Assembly (NCBI GenBank): GCA_963514005.1
Contig: CAUPSL010001113.1
Coordinates: 1 to 64,000 of the forward strand
DNA: 64,000 nt
From: Raja brachyura
Lineage: Eukaryota
Reading direction: 5' to 3'
Shown here: positions 63,648 through 64,000 of the stretch, piece after piece
Position numbering within the stretch: position 1 is the stretch's first letter
How the letters are laid out: each line of letters starts with the position of its first letter
Position numbers and translations under genes: made by a program
The notes under the pieces: generated by a model
The model's database searches: none
What the model saw: only the letters and a program-made list of their open reading frames with translations
Told to the model about the DNA's origin: nothing

Positions 63648-63753
63648 ATCATTGCGGAGATCATTCTCGTAAACCCCCCTGGACCCTCTTCAACACCAGC
63701 ACACCTTTCCTCAGGTATGAGGCCCAAAATAGTTTTGCACAGGTGGGGCTCAC

Positions 63754-64000
63754 CTTTAACTATCAGATACAGCGCCATCTGCAGGTAGGTGGTGCTGGTC
63801 CTGGTGGAACAGGTGTAGATGCCACCGTCTGAGACTTTAATCCACTTCAGTTTAAGTGAGGCATTTCCGAGGTGAAACTCTTTGTGAAAGAGTTCCGTCC
63901 TCCCTCGATAAGCCTTGTCCTGCGCGTCAGGTCGATCCCGACCGCCGGTGTACAAATGTACCAGCGTCGTCGACATAAACCATCGCACCTCCAATTCCTT
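63754..64000 (-). CDS. Butyrophilin-like gene B, IgV exon (proximal copy, truncated by the window edge)
   Basis: KELEVRWF...QDKAYRGRTELFHKEF.LGNASLKLK.IKVSDGGIYTC. Donor G|GTGAGC. About 74% aa identical to the 61106-61444 exon over 82 aa (manual count). Confidence 0.9.

Overview
Eukaryotic genomic DNA, inferred to be from a cartilaginous fish (probably a skate or ray) because of its CR1/HER1-type LINEs, HE1/V-SINEs and Penelope-like elements. Most of the window is transposon-derived, and almost all ORF-track entries are TE fragments or low-complexity artefacts. Three spliced immune genes can be reconstructed by hand. (1) A 4-exon TNF-alpha-like gene on + (CDS 4835-10419, 229 aa), with an ISRE/kB-rich promoter and a probable long 3'UTR carrying AU-rich and CDE-like elements. 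(2) A complete butyrophilin-like gene on - (leader-IgV-IgC-TM-3 micro-exons-B30.2; CDS 50399 to 30456, 479 aa), convergent with TNF. (3) The 3' part of a second butyrophilin-like gene on - with tandem IgV-IgV-IgC exons and no visible TM exon. Main points of interest: the direct TNF-butyrophilin adjacency (MHC-like); the V-V-C gene, whose middle IgV exon is bracketed by inverted repeats; and minimal hammerhead-ribozyme motifs in the Penelope-derived repeats, including a tandem array in TNF intron 1. All exon models were derived manually from splice signals, phase and protein motifs, without transcript data.
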